DNA of 63,995 nt, counting the filler, from Ionaspis alba (lineage: Eukaryota), in NCBI GenBank assembly GCA_964255285.1. It is 3 parts of 3 records of this genome, joined end to end, with 100 filler letters (N's around TTAATTAATTAA, not from the genome) between each part and the next. Parts side by side here need not be neighbours in the genome. Positions count along the whole stretch, not along the records: positions 1 to 22,486 come from CAXUUL010000206.1; positions 22,587 to 45,054 come from CAXUUL010000207.1; 1 more part is not named here. One strand, 5' to 3'. This document shows positions 12,356-25,795 of this stretch, in pieces. Under the pieces are notes generated by a model, which saw only the letters and a program-made list of their open reading frames with translations, was not told the origin of the DNA and did no database searches. The translations under genes and the position numbers were made by a program. Numbering within the stretch: the first letter of the stretch is position 1; each line of letters begins with the position of its first letter.

Positions 12356-13760
12356 GATGGAAGAATAATGGTAGCGACGCAATAACGCAGTTACAGCAAA
12401 TGAATGTACTGAGAGGAAACAGCCGATAGTAGAGTTCGGCGGAGTACTGTAGTGACGGCAAGACTAAAAAGAAAGACCGGACTTCGAACTCACGAGGGAA
12501 TAAGAAGCCATTTCTATCCATCAAGCCACCAGCAGAGCAACCACGCTTGAGAAACCAATAAATTCACAATCGACGAAAGGAGGTCGCCCCGGTATTGAAG
12601 ATCCTTACCTCACGTTGCAACCCACGAGGTTCATCCAGGTCAACATGAAGATGATCATTGGCTCATCTTCGCTCTTTTCTTTCCTGTCGATTTCATCCCA
12701 CCCAAACACTGGACGACAGACCTGGGGAAGCCGCTTTTCGATCCCGGAGACCGGGCGGGCACCTGCACGATCAAAACCAGGGAAAGGGCCGCTGCACGAT
12801 GAAGGCATTTTGCCCGATTCGGTCGTTTCCTTCGACGCCTCGCAAGCCTCTTCAATCCATCATCTCCGCTAAACCCCTGCTGGACCACGATGGCACGGTA
12901 GCTCGAGATGCCGGTCCTGGATCTTGGTTCGCCAGCTCTTTCAGGGGTTGGCGATTGGCGAGGGCACATCGCTACATTTGGGTTGCACGCTCCCGAATTC
13001 AGTGTGCTCAGGTGTCAGATGTCATCTGTCAAAGAACAGCCATCGTTCGGTCTGTTGTAAGCCATTTTCACTGTTGCGAGATGTTATGCAGTAGAGAAAA
13101 AGTCAAATAAGCCATCGTTATCGATAGCTTTTGTAAACCAGTTGGTTGGTGCGCTTTTCTTGGTATGAGAATTTCAGTTTCGTTGTGGAGTACATCATAT
13201 AGAGTACATATGCATGCTCCATGCAGCGGACTGTAACGTGGGCGACGACGGGGCTGAGATTGATATGTGCCTGAGATCCAGTCACGACACACCACTTCGA
13301 CTTGGTTAATGGTCTGGCTGATTATTCTGCCTATGTAAAGGGCCTTCAGATCCCCAGATCCTGGTTTGATGAAGCAACATGTGGTTCCGTCACCGGTATT
13401 GCTCCACCTTTTGATGTGTCCTGATAATAAAATCCTTATTCGTGCAGGAAGAGGTGGCGTTTTATCTCGGCGGTGGTTTGTTCGACGACATGAAATGGTA
13501 TCCANNNNNNNNNNNNNNNNNNNNNNNNNNNNNNNNNNNNNNNNNNNNNNNNNNNNNNNNNNNNNNNNNNNNNNNNNNNNNNNNNNNNNNNNNNNNNNNN
13601 NNNNATAATTACATTCTTTGCGCTAAACCTTCCAATAATGCTTCACATGCATTCCACACCAACATAGGGTACTCCGGGAAATCTTTGCGATAAGAATATC
13701 TCCGGCGCGATGCGTTGTTACCAAAAGAATCCAAAAACCCTCCGATCCAAGCGCCATACA

Positions 13761-16401
13761 TCAATCTACCCCGTCCTCGAAATCCTCCACCGTCGTTGCC
13801 CGACCTTTGCCCTTCGCAGCCCTCCGCTCAGCACTTGATACGGTCTGCTCGTCTGTTGTCTGTGATCCACTGGCTATACTATCGCCACTCTTGCCTCCTC
13901 TTGAACTATCTCCCCACTGTGGTATCGAGTCAGATACAACTTCCACAGCCGCACCTCGTCCAATGGTCGAGTGGCCGTTGGCGGCCCTGTCTGAAGCTCC
14001 CGGCTCTCTTTCCGAAGGACCTGAACTATTCGTCGATATTCCAGACTCCACCTGAGAAGAAGGATCTGGCCTTCTTTGGGGTGTGCTTAGATGTCCAAAT
14101 CCGCTGCTAGACCCCACGGTGTCACTTGCAGGGTTGGCTTCCAACTGAGTGTGAGAATGTGACGAGCTAGCCAAAGAGCTATGATGAGGTAAGGCGGTAT
14201 GAGTATGTCTTGTTTCATCAGATGTAGTTGGTGTGAGATTGGTTGGAAGACCATCACCAAGGCTGGTATGATTTGAAAGCCGTTGAAGTGGTGTGAGCGT
14301 CCAGCCTTCTGGCAAAGTCAAACCAGGAGGTAGATCTGGATGGCCGGAACGTAGACCTGGTTGGTGTTGCTGATTGGTGCTGAACGCTTGAACGCTTGGG
14401 GCAGGAATCCCTTGAAATGGCGACGGAAAGGCAGGTACGCCAATCGCAAATGGGTTCTGGCTGGGGTTAAGGTTGTTCACATTATTATGAATTGCTCCAT
14501 TGGCTTGAGCTATCCGCAATCTTGCCAATTCCCCTTGTAGGGCTCGCACCAAGTGCAACTGATCAAGCTGAGCTTGGAGGCCGTTGATATCTCGCATCAG
14601 TTGCTGTTCGATTACTTGCAGCTGTCTTTGAACAGTGCTTGGAGGAAAGCCTGCAGAGATTGCTGGTTGTGGGGCTGGTGGCTGTCGACCAAAGCGAAGC
14701 CCGAACCCGTAGCCTCTTCCGGCCCCGTTATCTGGAAGTTGTCGCTGTTGGTGTGGGAGTGGTTGGTTATTTAATTGTTCTGCCAGGCCCTGGATGTCTC
14801 GTCCAGCGCCAAACCCAAACCGTATTGGACCGAAATCGAAGTACCGCAATCGATTCTGTTCAGCGTCGTGACGATGATTATTTGCTGGGGCAGGTATAGC
14901 ATTGGCATGCGCTTCTCCTTGTGGACCAGGACCTTGGTTCGGTTGGGGTTGAGTTGGACTTCGCACTGCCGAAGAAGGGGCCAGTACAGGCTGGCGGCAT
15001 GTAGGACAGTTCTGTTGTCGTTCCAGCCAGCTACGAAGGCATGCAAAGTGGAGGATATGGTTACACGGAAGCTTCTTAGGTCGGAGTCGCTCATCGTTGT
15101 TGTTCGATCGGTCTTGTGAAGGTGCGCCATTATTTGCCGGTTGCTCATTTTGGTCTGTGGTTGTACGCCATGGTCTCATAGGTTCACGGCAGATAATACA
15201 AGTATCTTCCCTTTCGATCTCCTCGGCGGTTGCGTCGGGGTACCGGTCATTCATATCTTTTGTTGCGTGCCGATACTTGACGAAGTCTGTTATCCGTTTG
15301 TAGAATGATTTTATGGTCATGGCGACATCCCGGATAATATGGATAGGCATGCCATAGAACATGCAGAGGACACAGAAGAATGTTAGGTAGAGAGTGAGCT
15401 TGAAGAAATCTGTTCACAGCATTTAGACACAATAATGGAGAGTAATGATGGCTGACATACCCGTCGCAAGATCAAGATAGAAGACATAACGACCTTTTTC
15501 TTCCCATCCCGGGACATCCACATCCAGCTGTTCCAATTCCTCGTCAATCGAGATTGGATCTGCTTGCGGCGAGTCCTCAAATTCTGGTACTTCCTCTGCA
15601 GCCCTTGCCCGTTCCCGTACAATCTCTTCTCGGCGCTGCTGCAATCTGAGCATGGTTTGGCTTTTAATCACAGCGGCTTCATAGAGAGATATCGTGTATC
15701 GCGCAAATGTCGAAATCGATGTTACAGCTAATACTGCAAACTCGAAGGCGAACATGACCATCATATCAGGACGTGCTTGTTGCCTAACGGTCTGAACGCA
15801 GTAGTTCAACATGTATAACTCGAACAGGATCGAGAAGCACAACGAGGTCGAGAGTCGAGCATGAAAGAGCCGAGGATTTTGCGGAGGTTGTTGTTCCAGT
15901 ATCTCTACTCTTCCCTCCCCTATCCACCCCCATACTTTGCCGATCAACAAAGATATGAACATGACGACGAACCATCCTCCTACTTCTTCTCGGAATATCG
16001 TCATGGCAAGACATGTTTCAGTAACGGCGAACCATGCCTTCTCGTACAGTTGTTCGACTTCAATAGGACGTAGCGGGCCGTAGAAGATCCTTTGTAAACT
16101 GAGCATTGTCATACCAACGGCGAGGAGTACGAGATTCGTCAATATCTGTGATTGAGATCAGCCAATCTGTCGTTCTACGAACAGTCCCAAGGCTTGGTCC
16201 ACCATACCATTAAACAGGCGTTACTCTGAGCAAGATAGACACATGCTGAGTAGAAGTTGGCTCGCTCATGTAGGGCACGAATTATCACACCTGTTGCCAG
16301 GACCATGGAGGTCTAGGAGAGCAGGTCTAGTCAGCGCAGTCCTCACCGAAGCTATCGAATACGGGAGAAAGCCATACCCCAGCGTATGCGGCGAAACGCA
16401 T
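13761..16401 (-). CDS. HRD1: ERAD E3 ubiquitin ligase Hrd1 (synoviolin), spliced
   Basis: Multi-TM N-terminus ([35 protein letters not shown]) and a RING-H2 domain (CIICRE...[28 protein letters not shown]). Confidence 0.95.
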
Positions 16402-16687
16402 CTTCTCTGGCGTCTGAGAATTTTGTTGAAACGCTGGAGCTATCACGCAGCGAAAGCGGTTTTCCTCCTTGCCATACTGCTGATCAGAGGGTGATGTCTA
16501 ATCTCAATACATCACTTCATAGATCTTGAAGACAGGATCGCAGAGATCGCAGAATGTCGTCGCGGTCTTCGTTAGTTTAGATCTCGATGGGCGGCGAGCT
16601 CTCGTGCTTGTTAAACAAAGCCACGGTGTGTAAATCGCCCACGCCGCAGGTTAGGTAAGCTCCCGTAATAAGGCTACAGCGGTGTGC

Positions 16688-16695
16688 TGACGTCA
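16688..16695. promoter_or_regulatory. Palindromic CRE/ATF-type bZIP site TGACGTCA in the HRD1/MFS divergent promoter
   Basis: Exact TGACGTCA seen between the two divergent starts. A second ACGT-core site, ACACGTGTC, lies at 16905-16913. Function is inferred only. Confidence 0.35.
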
Positions 16696-16927
16696 AACAG
16701 CCGAAAAGGCCGACTTGAGAAGCTGACACGCTAAGGTGCGTGTAGTTTCGAGGTTGGCTCGATTAAATTGATGACAGCGGAGACAAAAGATCACGCTATG
16801 AGTATGCTCTCCTAGTTCCTAGATACTCATCTCTTGTGCGACCTCGTTACTCTTCATGTACCAAGTCGGAGCAGGCTTGTAGTGCTCAGGAATGACCTGA
16901 CATTACACGTGTCGGATATCAACAGCC

Positions 16928-18853
16928 ATGTTTACTGCTACTCGGCTTCAAGCTGCCACTTACCTTCTCGGAGTCTGTTTATTCTCCATATCATTCTTGG
17001 TCTTTCTCAACTCGACTGTGTCATTTGTCATTACCGACTTGATCAGGCAACGAGAAGGTGTAGGCAATGCAGTGGGGACTCTTGGCTTCGCAGATGAGCT
17101 TGTGGCCTTGATTGCTTGTCCCGTGTGGGGAATATTATCAGATCGCATCGGAGTCAGAACGGTTCGTACCCACTGTATAGATAATGCCTCAAGCTACTGA
17201 ACATTTGCAGGTCTGTGTCTTGGGCTACTTCATTGTTGGTCTAGCTCTATTCTTGTTCGTTCAAGCCAAAAATGTCTATCCTCAATTGCTACTGGCCAGA
17301 CTGTTCTTCAGCATTGGAGGCGCGGCAACTGCGACCATGGTTACTGCGATATTGCCTTCAATGACCGCTACCTCTGTGGGAAACAAAGCCAATCAGACTC
17401 TGGAAAATGATGAACATGCTGCTGGACGTCCTGTGTCGCCTTCCGTGTCTTCTGAGCTTACGATCACGCCTGCGCGGCTCGAAACTCAGTCATCATCTCC
17501 TTCTCGAGAGCAAGAGCAAAAGCAGAAGCCATGGCAGAACGCCTCTCCAACACGCTTGGCAGGCCTGGTAGGCATGTTCACTGGATTCGGGGCTCTTCTA
17601 GCCTTGGGGTTGTTCCTCCCATTGCCTGCGCGATTACAAAAGCTCAATCTCAGTCCTGGCCAGGCATTAGCTGATACATACTATATCGTCGGATCTATAG
17701 CATTGTTGATCGCTTGCTTCTGTTTCTTCGGTCTCATGAAATTGAAAGGCGAGGAAGGCAAGAGCTGGCGGGACATTGGTAGCACTCACCACAACGTGGC
17801 TGATACCTCATCACCGAAGACCCGCAGCAATGCTTACTTTCATCTCTTACTTAAGGCTATACGATTGGGTCTGCGCAACCCCTTGATTGGCCTGGGCTAC
17901 GTCGGTGGCTTTGTCGCACGCGCTTCGTCCGTGGGCATCTCTTTATTCATACCTCTATTCGTAAATGCCTACTTTATCTCGTCTGGGCTCTGTAAAATCG
18001 ATGACCCAGTCGACGTCAAATCTCAATGCAGGGAGGCCTATATCCTTTCAGCCAAGTTGACCGGAACATCTCAGCTCATCGCCCTACTCTTTGCGCCTGC
18101 ATTCGGGTACCTCGCGGATCGATATCGACGATTTCATATACCTCTGATTTCCGCGGCAATCAGCGGAATCGTCGGATACGCCAGCTTCGCATCCTTGAGA
18201 AGTCCTGAATCCAGCGGGAAATCTGGCAGTCCCTTCGTCTTTCTCATCGTGTCCTTACTCGGAATTAGTCAGATTGGCTGTATCGTCTGTAGTTTGGGGC
18301 TCATTGGTCGTGGTATTTCAGATTCTACGGATAAACATGAGGATTCTACATCATTTGGGGATGAAGGGTACACAACATCGAATGGCTCGGGTTCTCGTCG
18401 TCCCGACGTCTCCGAGGATGATCACGNNNNNNNNNNNNNNNNNNNNNNNNNNNNNNNNNNNNNNNNNNNNNNNNNNNNNNNNNNNNNNNNNNNNNNNNNN
18501 NNNNNNNNNNNNNNNNNNNNNNNNNNACAACATCGAATGGCTCGGGTTCTCGTCGTCCCGACGTCTCCGAGGATGATCACGGAGACGAACATCAAGAGTC
18601 AACGGGTTTGTTGAGCCAGGAAGCTTCATTGAACGGATCAATCATACATCTCAAAGGGTCAATTGCCGGAGTTTATTCACTCACTGGAGGAGCTGGAATT
18701 TTGTTACTGGCAAAGCTTGGTGGCTTTCTTTTTGATGCCAAATCGCCTGCCTCCCCTTTCTATATGCTTGCAGGTTTTAACGCCTTACTCCTCCTGGTCG
18801 CAATATTGTGTGGCTTTTACGAATTGGGGCGTACTCGTCTCAGTCTAAAGTAG
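16928..18853 (+). CDS. Major facilitator superfamily transporter (spliced; spans an assembly gap)
   Basis: Many hydrophobic TM segments and MFS loop motifs WGILSDRIGVR and FGYLADRYRR. Collapsing the duplicated 55-nt flanks of the gap restores the frame (DDHGDEHQESTGLLSQEAS...). Confidence 0.88.
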
Positions 18854-20531
18854 TCAATACCCGAGGAACGCTCCACTTGCCTTTCATCAAGGCCAGAAAT
18901 GAACTTGGAAAGGTGGGCTGTACATTTCGATGCATGTCAGTTGAATGGAGGCCGAAGTACATGCAAGTCGAGCTCTACTAGCTGATAGCAAATTCACTAC
19001 TGGTCCGGAAGCTGTCTGTGCGGAGGCCCTCTGAGATCCTTTCAATTGTGCTGCGCACGACAGGAGCTACTGTATGTCTCGGAATTCGAGGTTGGCACGT
19101 GCAGAAGATCACACACTCTCCAGTGAAAGCCTGGACAATATGGGAACCTGCCTCGGACAAGTGCGGCCAGAGTGGCTTGACCGAGTTCGTTACATTTTCT
19201 TCAGATCCTACTATCGAAGTCAACCATGGTTCGAGTCATGATGTTCTAGTCATTGCAAGGACTCGACATCATCGACAATTCGGGGATGCTTCGTGGAAGT
19301 AGAATTTGCGTAGCTGGAGGGCCGGTATGAGCCGCAGCATGATCTACAGTTGTTAGTTTGCTTGAGCAATCACCTGCATCACGATCGGCTAGTCGAGAGG
19401 ACTTTCACTGCACGAAGCCGTTCTACGGCTAAGCAGCGTTGAGACCAACAGCAGTGATACACCAAGAAGGAGAAACTATATTCCACATCAACCTAGGCAC
19501 GTGCTTTATGTATGACATTTTACCATACAACGGTTGATCAATCTCACATCGCGATCAAGCTCTGATTCTGGAGCCATGGTTTCCTATGCTATCTGTGATT
19601 TTCGAATGCTACACCCTACGATATGGAGAGGCCTTTCGATAAACCATAGCAATCCCTGTGCTCCAAGACTGTAATATGCATCGTTGCGTTCTCTTAAGCC
19701 TTTCTATAGTGGCATGTCTCACTTTGCTCCCGACAGCAGTCCTGCTATACAAAGCGCCAGCTTTATGAGCAAACGTACCTTATACAGCGAGTGAATGAAC
19801 ACCACGCTGCTTATTGTGCGAAATTCCAACCAGTACTTGAAAATCACATTGATATTGTTTCGCTTTCTCTGTGTTTTCCATGTCTTGGTGATCAGTGGCC
19901 TCGTTCAGAAACCAGCATCTGCGGCATGTTTCCTGCTTTCCGTCCAACAGTAGCCCCACATGAGGTCGCTCCCTCCAAGCGAAGTTCAGGACTGGATGGG
20001 TATCTCTTTCCTATTTGCTATGGTGAATGGTCGTTTTAATGAAACGATCCAGAGTCAAGCCTCGTTTGCAACACTCTTGTAGGTCCACTTGGGAAGAAAT
20101 CATCCATGGTCCCAATAGATTCTGACGCTCTGGCGAATAGTTTCTTGTCTGCGACCTGTGCAGCATCTACGGATATGATCAAATACCAAGTTCAGGTCTC
20201 ACCGCTTCGAAGCTTCTTAACCATCACATCTTTGATCTAAGCAGGAGATATCAGCCGTACTACTGCAACCACCCACTGTTCACCCCAATGTAAGGATGGT
20301 AGCTCTTACCGACTGCTTGCGTGATATCATCCCTAGGAAAATAGATCTGATGAAGGCGGTCGACCACATCAGCTCACACTGCAGCATCTGCTCAGAGTAT
20401 GGAGCATATATGTACCACCCATACCACAGTCCTAATCATACCCATTTTCTGGAGTCGCCTTCGAAACCTCAGTTATACCATTGGCCTTTTATACAGAGAG
20501 CACGATCTTGAGCGAGAGTCTCGGCTTAGCA

Positions 20532-22136
20532 ATGCAACCCCTTCACCAACGCGCAAGATCATCCCCTCAATCATTGGTAATGAACGACATGTAGTCACTC
20601 GTTATATCGTCAAGCTAATAGTACGCAGGAACCAATACGCCCATCCAATTCCAGAACAGCCGAAGAGACTCTCGGTCATGGAGATTCGACACTTACCGCA
20701 TGGGAGCGGCATAACGTTGACGACTTGAGTGTTCTTCCGCCTGCCCCAGATTTGGAAGAGATGGTCGTCGCATGTTTCTGTGGGCCTACTTGGTCAAGAG
20801 CTGACAATCTCACAGTCATCTCCTTATGAGTATCCGCGTTTGACCGACCAGGTGTACCCTCCTGCGCTAGACTATCAGGACGATCCTCGAAGACAACCCG
20901 ACTATTCTATCGCATGCCTACTACCTGGTGAAACCATGGTTACGAAGAAGGACAACGTCGAGTTTGTCACTTCACGAAATCTCGAGTCGCATGAGTTCAG
21001 TGACTCTCATAGTCACTTGCAATCACTGGAGAACGGTCTCGTATACCAGAATAACAACACAGAAGATTGCCATGATATAAGTCCATCAAGTCTCGAGATA
21101 TCAGCGTTTCATAATCTAAATATACCTAATATTCATCATTCGTCTCTAGCTTCTTACTCGACAGACAACTGGCTGTATGAGTCCTCCCAATTAGCACCGA
21201 CCATATCTGGAGAGGCGACGAGCACTCACACAGAGGATGATGATAACGGAGAGTCTCTCAGCCATAGCTTCAGACAGAGAGAAAAGGTTCTGGGTTCCCC
21301 ATATGATGCACGCCATCATCACCACTCTTACTTAGAGGCATGCCAGGGACTCGCAGCCTCCTTCGATCACAGATCAAAGCTGAACCTAGGCATCGAAAGC
21401 CACCAAATTCCACCCTGTCCTTGCCAAAATATACCCATTTCCAGACTACAGCACCCGTATGAGCCGACATGTCCAGTGCACCTCTACCAAACCACAACCC
21501 AGAATATGTCTCTCTCAACATTCTCAAACAGCAACGACGACGTTACTACTCACACCAACCCACCCGGATCCAGTAAATCCCATCGCGATGCTCGAGATCG
21601 GTTTCTTATCTCTTCTAAGCTCTCCGGCATGTCTTATAAAGAGATCAAATCACGCGGTCGCTTCAAAGAAGCCGAATCGACCCTCCGTGGACGATTCCGC
21701 ACTTTGACGAAAGCGCCGGAGCAGCGCCTTAGGAAGCCTGTTTGGAGTCCTCATGATGTGAGTTCCTCGATCTCGTGTTCCCCTCATCCACGCTATACTT
21801 TCGATCACAAATCGTGTACAACACATCTGACAACATTGAACCCAATTTTCTGACTACGATGTTCTACAGGTCCAGCTCCTCCGGCAAGCGGTAGAGGAGA
21901 TTATGATGAAGAACCCAGAACTCACAAAGAACGGTGGGAAAGTCGAGGATGCAGATGACGGCGAAGGCGATGGAGCGGTGGACGCGGCTAAGCTTCCGTG
22001 GAAGAAAATCGCAGCTTATGTGGCTGAGAGAGGAGGGTATGGTTTCTCATTTGCAGGATGTCGGAAGAAATGGGATGAGATTTGTGAGATGGGAGAGAAG
22101 GGGACTGGGAATGGATTGGGGGATGAACTAGAGTAG
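20532..22136 (+). CDS. Fungal Myb/SANT-like DNA-binding protein (start uncertain), spliced
   Basis: C-terminal motif RDRFLISSKLSGMSYKEIKSRGRFKEAESTLRGRFRTLTKAPEQRLRKPVW, intron near 21758-21870, then KLPWKKIAAYVAERGG...CRKKW. The 5' exons (20532-20576, 20629-20763) are tentative. Confidence 0.7.
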
Positions 22137-22218
22137 TGGAATAGAGAATGAAGATCTTTACACACACACCTTCTAATGTTATGGTTTCCAAATGGTTTAG
22201 AAGCAGCGGTTGAGAAAT

Positions 22219-22282
22219 ATATATATCGATGACCTTTCGAAGGCGGGGGAATATATATCCATGACCTTTCGAAGGCAGGGGA
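22219..22282. repeat. Tandem duplication, 2 x 32 bp
   Basis: ATATATATCGATGACCTTTCGAAGGCGGGGGA followed by ATATATATCCATGACCTTTCGAAGGCAGGGGA (2 mismatches). Confidence 0.85.
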
Positions 22283-22486
22283 ATTGCCCTGGAAATAGTC
22301 ATGCTTTATGAATCCAGCCCTGTATCAAAAAAAAGTTACCCGAATCCCCTCTATGACATAGCTCCTTCAATTCCCCCACTGCTCCAAAAAACAATCCATT
22401 CAAACCCTCATCATCCCCCAATCCTCTCTCCACAACCCATCCTCTCTCTCCCTCATGCCCACTTAACCCTCTCCTCCACCCCACCC

Positions 22487-22586
22487 NNNNNNNNNNNNNN
22501 NNNNNNNNNNNNNNNNNNNNNNNNNNNNNNTTAATTAATTAANNNNNNNNNNNNNNNNNNNNNNNNNNNNNNNNNNNNNNNNNNNN
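22487..22586. other. Assembly gap containing artificial six-frame stop linker TTAATTAATTAA (22531-22542)
   Basis: N-run / TTAATTAATTAA / N-run, 100 nt in total, identical in layout to 45055-45154. Confidence 0.95.
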
Positions 22587-23481
22587 CCCTTCTTATTAGA
22601 TTAGAGGCTATTTAATTAGGTTAAACATTTATACTTTTATATGTAAAAATCAATTTTTACTATAAATGTAAAAGATAATTCATACGGTAAATTTACAGGG
22701 ATCTTTTACAGGATCCCTACTGGTGAGAGTGGTAGTAGGGAAAAAATGTTATTAAGGGCAAGCCAATGAGGGGTCCCAAGCAGGTGTTCACTTCCCCCAC
22801 GCGATCCCACCGTTTCCCGACACTAAGCGGATTCCTTATCGGCATATCCTCATTTACTCGGACCAACAGCACGAGTGGAAGACGGAGTTCCTACACTTGG
22901 CAGGCAAGTCCCACGAGCACGGTGATTAGTCGTACACGATCTCGTCAAGAATTCCATCCAACGTTGCCACAGGCTTCCACTCGAAGGGCTCTGCACCAGC
23001 TCCGGCCGAGTTTGTCTACACCAAGCCTGCCGACCAACCGAGCAGTGCCATCCTTACCCCAGCAGAGCGGCACAGGGTACAAGCCTGTGCATTGAGGCGA
23101 GTGCGTTGAAGACGTGCGTTGTGGCGTCTGGCCCTGCATGAAAAGCCAGGCACGTGATGTCTTCAATGGGCATGTCGAGGCGAGAGACGAGCAGGACCGT
23201 TGAGGAAAAGGGCGTTTGTTTGGGCCCACAAACGGGGAAAGGGTTCGCGCTCACAGAAAGGGGACAGGACTTTTTCTTGCACGAGAAGGAAGGGAGAATG
23301 TTGCGCGCACAGCCACGCTGGAAATGGCCTGAGTCATGACTAGCATGTGAACAAATCGAAAGGGAGTAGAATCGGGAGATGAGGACGATAGCAATGTGAT
23401 TGCGGGACTGGGAAGCCGCGTTCGAGTCAGGACCGCGAGAATCCCAATCGGGGTCCAATACCGTCCGATGCATGAGACCTG

Positions 23482-24663
23482 TCATTTCAAGTGATCCCCT
23501 CGAACTCCGTCCTTCCACGCCCGATACAGGCTTCGACTCCCCCATACCTCTCCTTTCCTCAACAAACACTGCTGTCTCCACTCCTCCCTGCCGGCACAGT
23601 TCACATATCGTGATGGCTCGATGCAGATCCCACTTCGCTTCCCTCGGGCGGGTACTTTGACCCCTTGGCTGGTTTCGGTCTCCGGGACGTTGACGTAACG
23701 GCCGCAGTAGAACTGGAAGGCAGGCTCGGTGCTGTGCACTTCGAGATGGAGGCCGGTGTCCGGATGGTAGAGTTCAGCCAGCGTGTTCAACGGTGAGCTG
23801 CGGGTGTCGAGTGGAATCGAGGTAGCATCAGTGTTAATGACAAAGCAGTCGTCCGGGTCGGGAGAGGTCGCCGTCAGGGTGAAGGGCGTCGATGCTGCCG
23901 GAGGTATGCCAGGGTAAGGAACGATGCGTCCGGTCGGGATTCCGGTAGAATCGGTCTCAAGAAAGGATGATGTGCCCAACTTGACCACAGTATTGGTGAT
24001 ATCGGGAGATGGGAGGTTGAGGTTGAAGTAGCTACTCGAGGACCAGAACGACCATCAGTTCTCAAGGGGATTCTGCATATGGCGAGATCGTTGTTTTACG
24101 GGTATGCTTGATTGCAGCCATGGGACGGATCTTGGAAGGGTTAAGAGAGACTCGCACCTGTGATTGGTCATTCCGACGACCGTCGCTTCGCATTCGTCCC
24201 CAACAAATTCGGCTTCATATTCCACTTCCAACTCGGTCTTGCCGTCCTTGTCCTTTCCTGCAGTATACCAAACCCTCGCATCGACGGTGCCCGGATAGCC
24301 TTCTTCGCCGTGCTCACTGCGATACTGGAACAGCACGCCTTCGCGTCCATTGCGATGGACGGCCCGAGGCCCGTCCCACTGCTTCTTCCCCCAGCCCTCG
24401 AGCCCGCCATGCAGGCTGTTCCCTGCACTGTTGCTACGCAGCTCGTACGTTCGACCATTGAGATTGCGAAGCTTGGCGTGCTGGATGCGGTTAGTGGTCC
24501 TGCCTATCGTTTCGCCGAAGTAGGGATGGTCGACGGAGGCGTAGAGGGCGGCCTCGGGAAAGGCCAGCACGATGTCGTGGCCAGCGACTTGGAACTGCTG
24601 GATGGCGGCGCCGCGGGGAAGGAAGGTGAAGGCTGACTCTGCTGCCTGTGAGGACGCCGACAT
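23482..24663 (-). CDS. Aldose 1-epimerase (galactose mutarotase, GalM family), 2 exons
   Basis: PYFGETIGRTTNRI, NSLHGG, EEGYPG, MTNH|SYFNL across intron 24032-24157, DDCF, STEPAFQFY and ICIEP. Confidence 0.93.
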
Positions 24664-25795
24664 GGTCGAGGATGGCTGGAAGTGGGGTTTAGACTTTTGG
24701 TGGTGGCGACACTCTCTCCATGCAGCGCGCAATAGAGCACAGCGCAGCGCAAGTAGTAAATAATACAGTCGGTTGTGGGAAGGGGAAGAATGTTACGCGT
24801 CGGGAGGGATGTGAGGAAAAGTGGGGTAGAAAGGGATCGCACCGTCAGGATTATTTGATCGCGTAGCACGGAGGCTTGCCACGAACACTTTCTGTGAAAG
24901 GGGGAGAGAGAAGGAGGGGGGAAGAGATGTACCATAGGTTAAGTAGAACGATTTGGATTTCTAGGCAAGGCAGTACGCCGCTGGCCGCCATGCATTGGTT
25001 CCACGGCGATGGGGCTGCTTGGACGGGTGGCACGCTGGTGCGTCGATGCATCCTGGCACGATCTGCGCCCTCACAGCGGAGGTGAGTCCGGACAGGCGAG
25101 CAGGCGCACTGAGTGGTCGCTTGCTGACGGAATCAATCAGTGGCTTTGGCGGCGACAACACGAGCAGGACGATCGACGATGGACTGCACGAAATCGCCCC
25201 CTCCCCTTGCCCCGCACAGTCGACCAGAAAGCTTCAGCAGACGGCCGAGGAGATTGATCAGTCACGGCAGGAAGAGGAGCAACCCCATCATGCACAGCAC
25301 TGGCAGACTTGGTCTTGGCATCAAGATGTTTGCGCTTTCATCGACCTTTGCCAACACGCTGGAGCTACGGCGAGAGGGCAGGAGCGTTGAGCAGAGCCTT
25401 GCCCCTATTCACACTAATTTGCCGGCGATACGAATTGCTCCCACCCTTTCCTCTTACCATTCCCACAATGGCACGTGTGTACGAGACACCAGATTGGGTA
25501 TATCTTGCCTGAAACGCCCCGACGACAGCTGGCCCCTGCAAAGTGGCCGATGCATGGATGTTTCTTATCTCAGATCCTCCCTCCTTCGCCACGGCTTCTG
25601 TGGCATTGTTCGACATGCAATGCCTCCAAGCCTCCGCATTGTTTAGCCGCTCGACTGACTACCAGGGGACATCAAGACACCCTCCCGCACCCCCCAACCA
25701 CCCCTTCCCTTCCCATCGGAAACGCCAAGTCATCCCACCACCCGCTGCTCTGGCTCTCCGGGTCTCTGACAGAACCAGAAGGCTTGATGCCCGCT

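Noticed and set aside
18900..20500. 1.6-kb region with short ORFs
   Set aside because: No coding, RNA-gene or repeat signal recognised; treated as intergenic.
22531..22542. TTAATTAATTAA palindromic motif inside N-runs (also 45099-45110)
   Set aside because: Artificial six-frame stop linker used when joining contigs; not biological. Gene adjacency across these joins is unreliable.
24876..25790. Cluster of overlapping ORFs in GC-rich sequence between the epimerase and the C6 TF
   Set aside because: No motifs; consistent with chance ORFs in promoter/UTR sequence.
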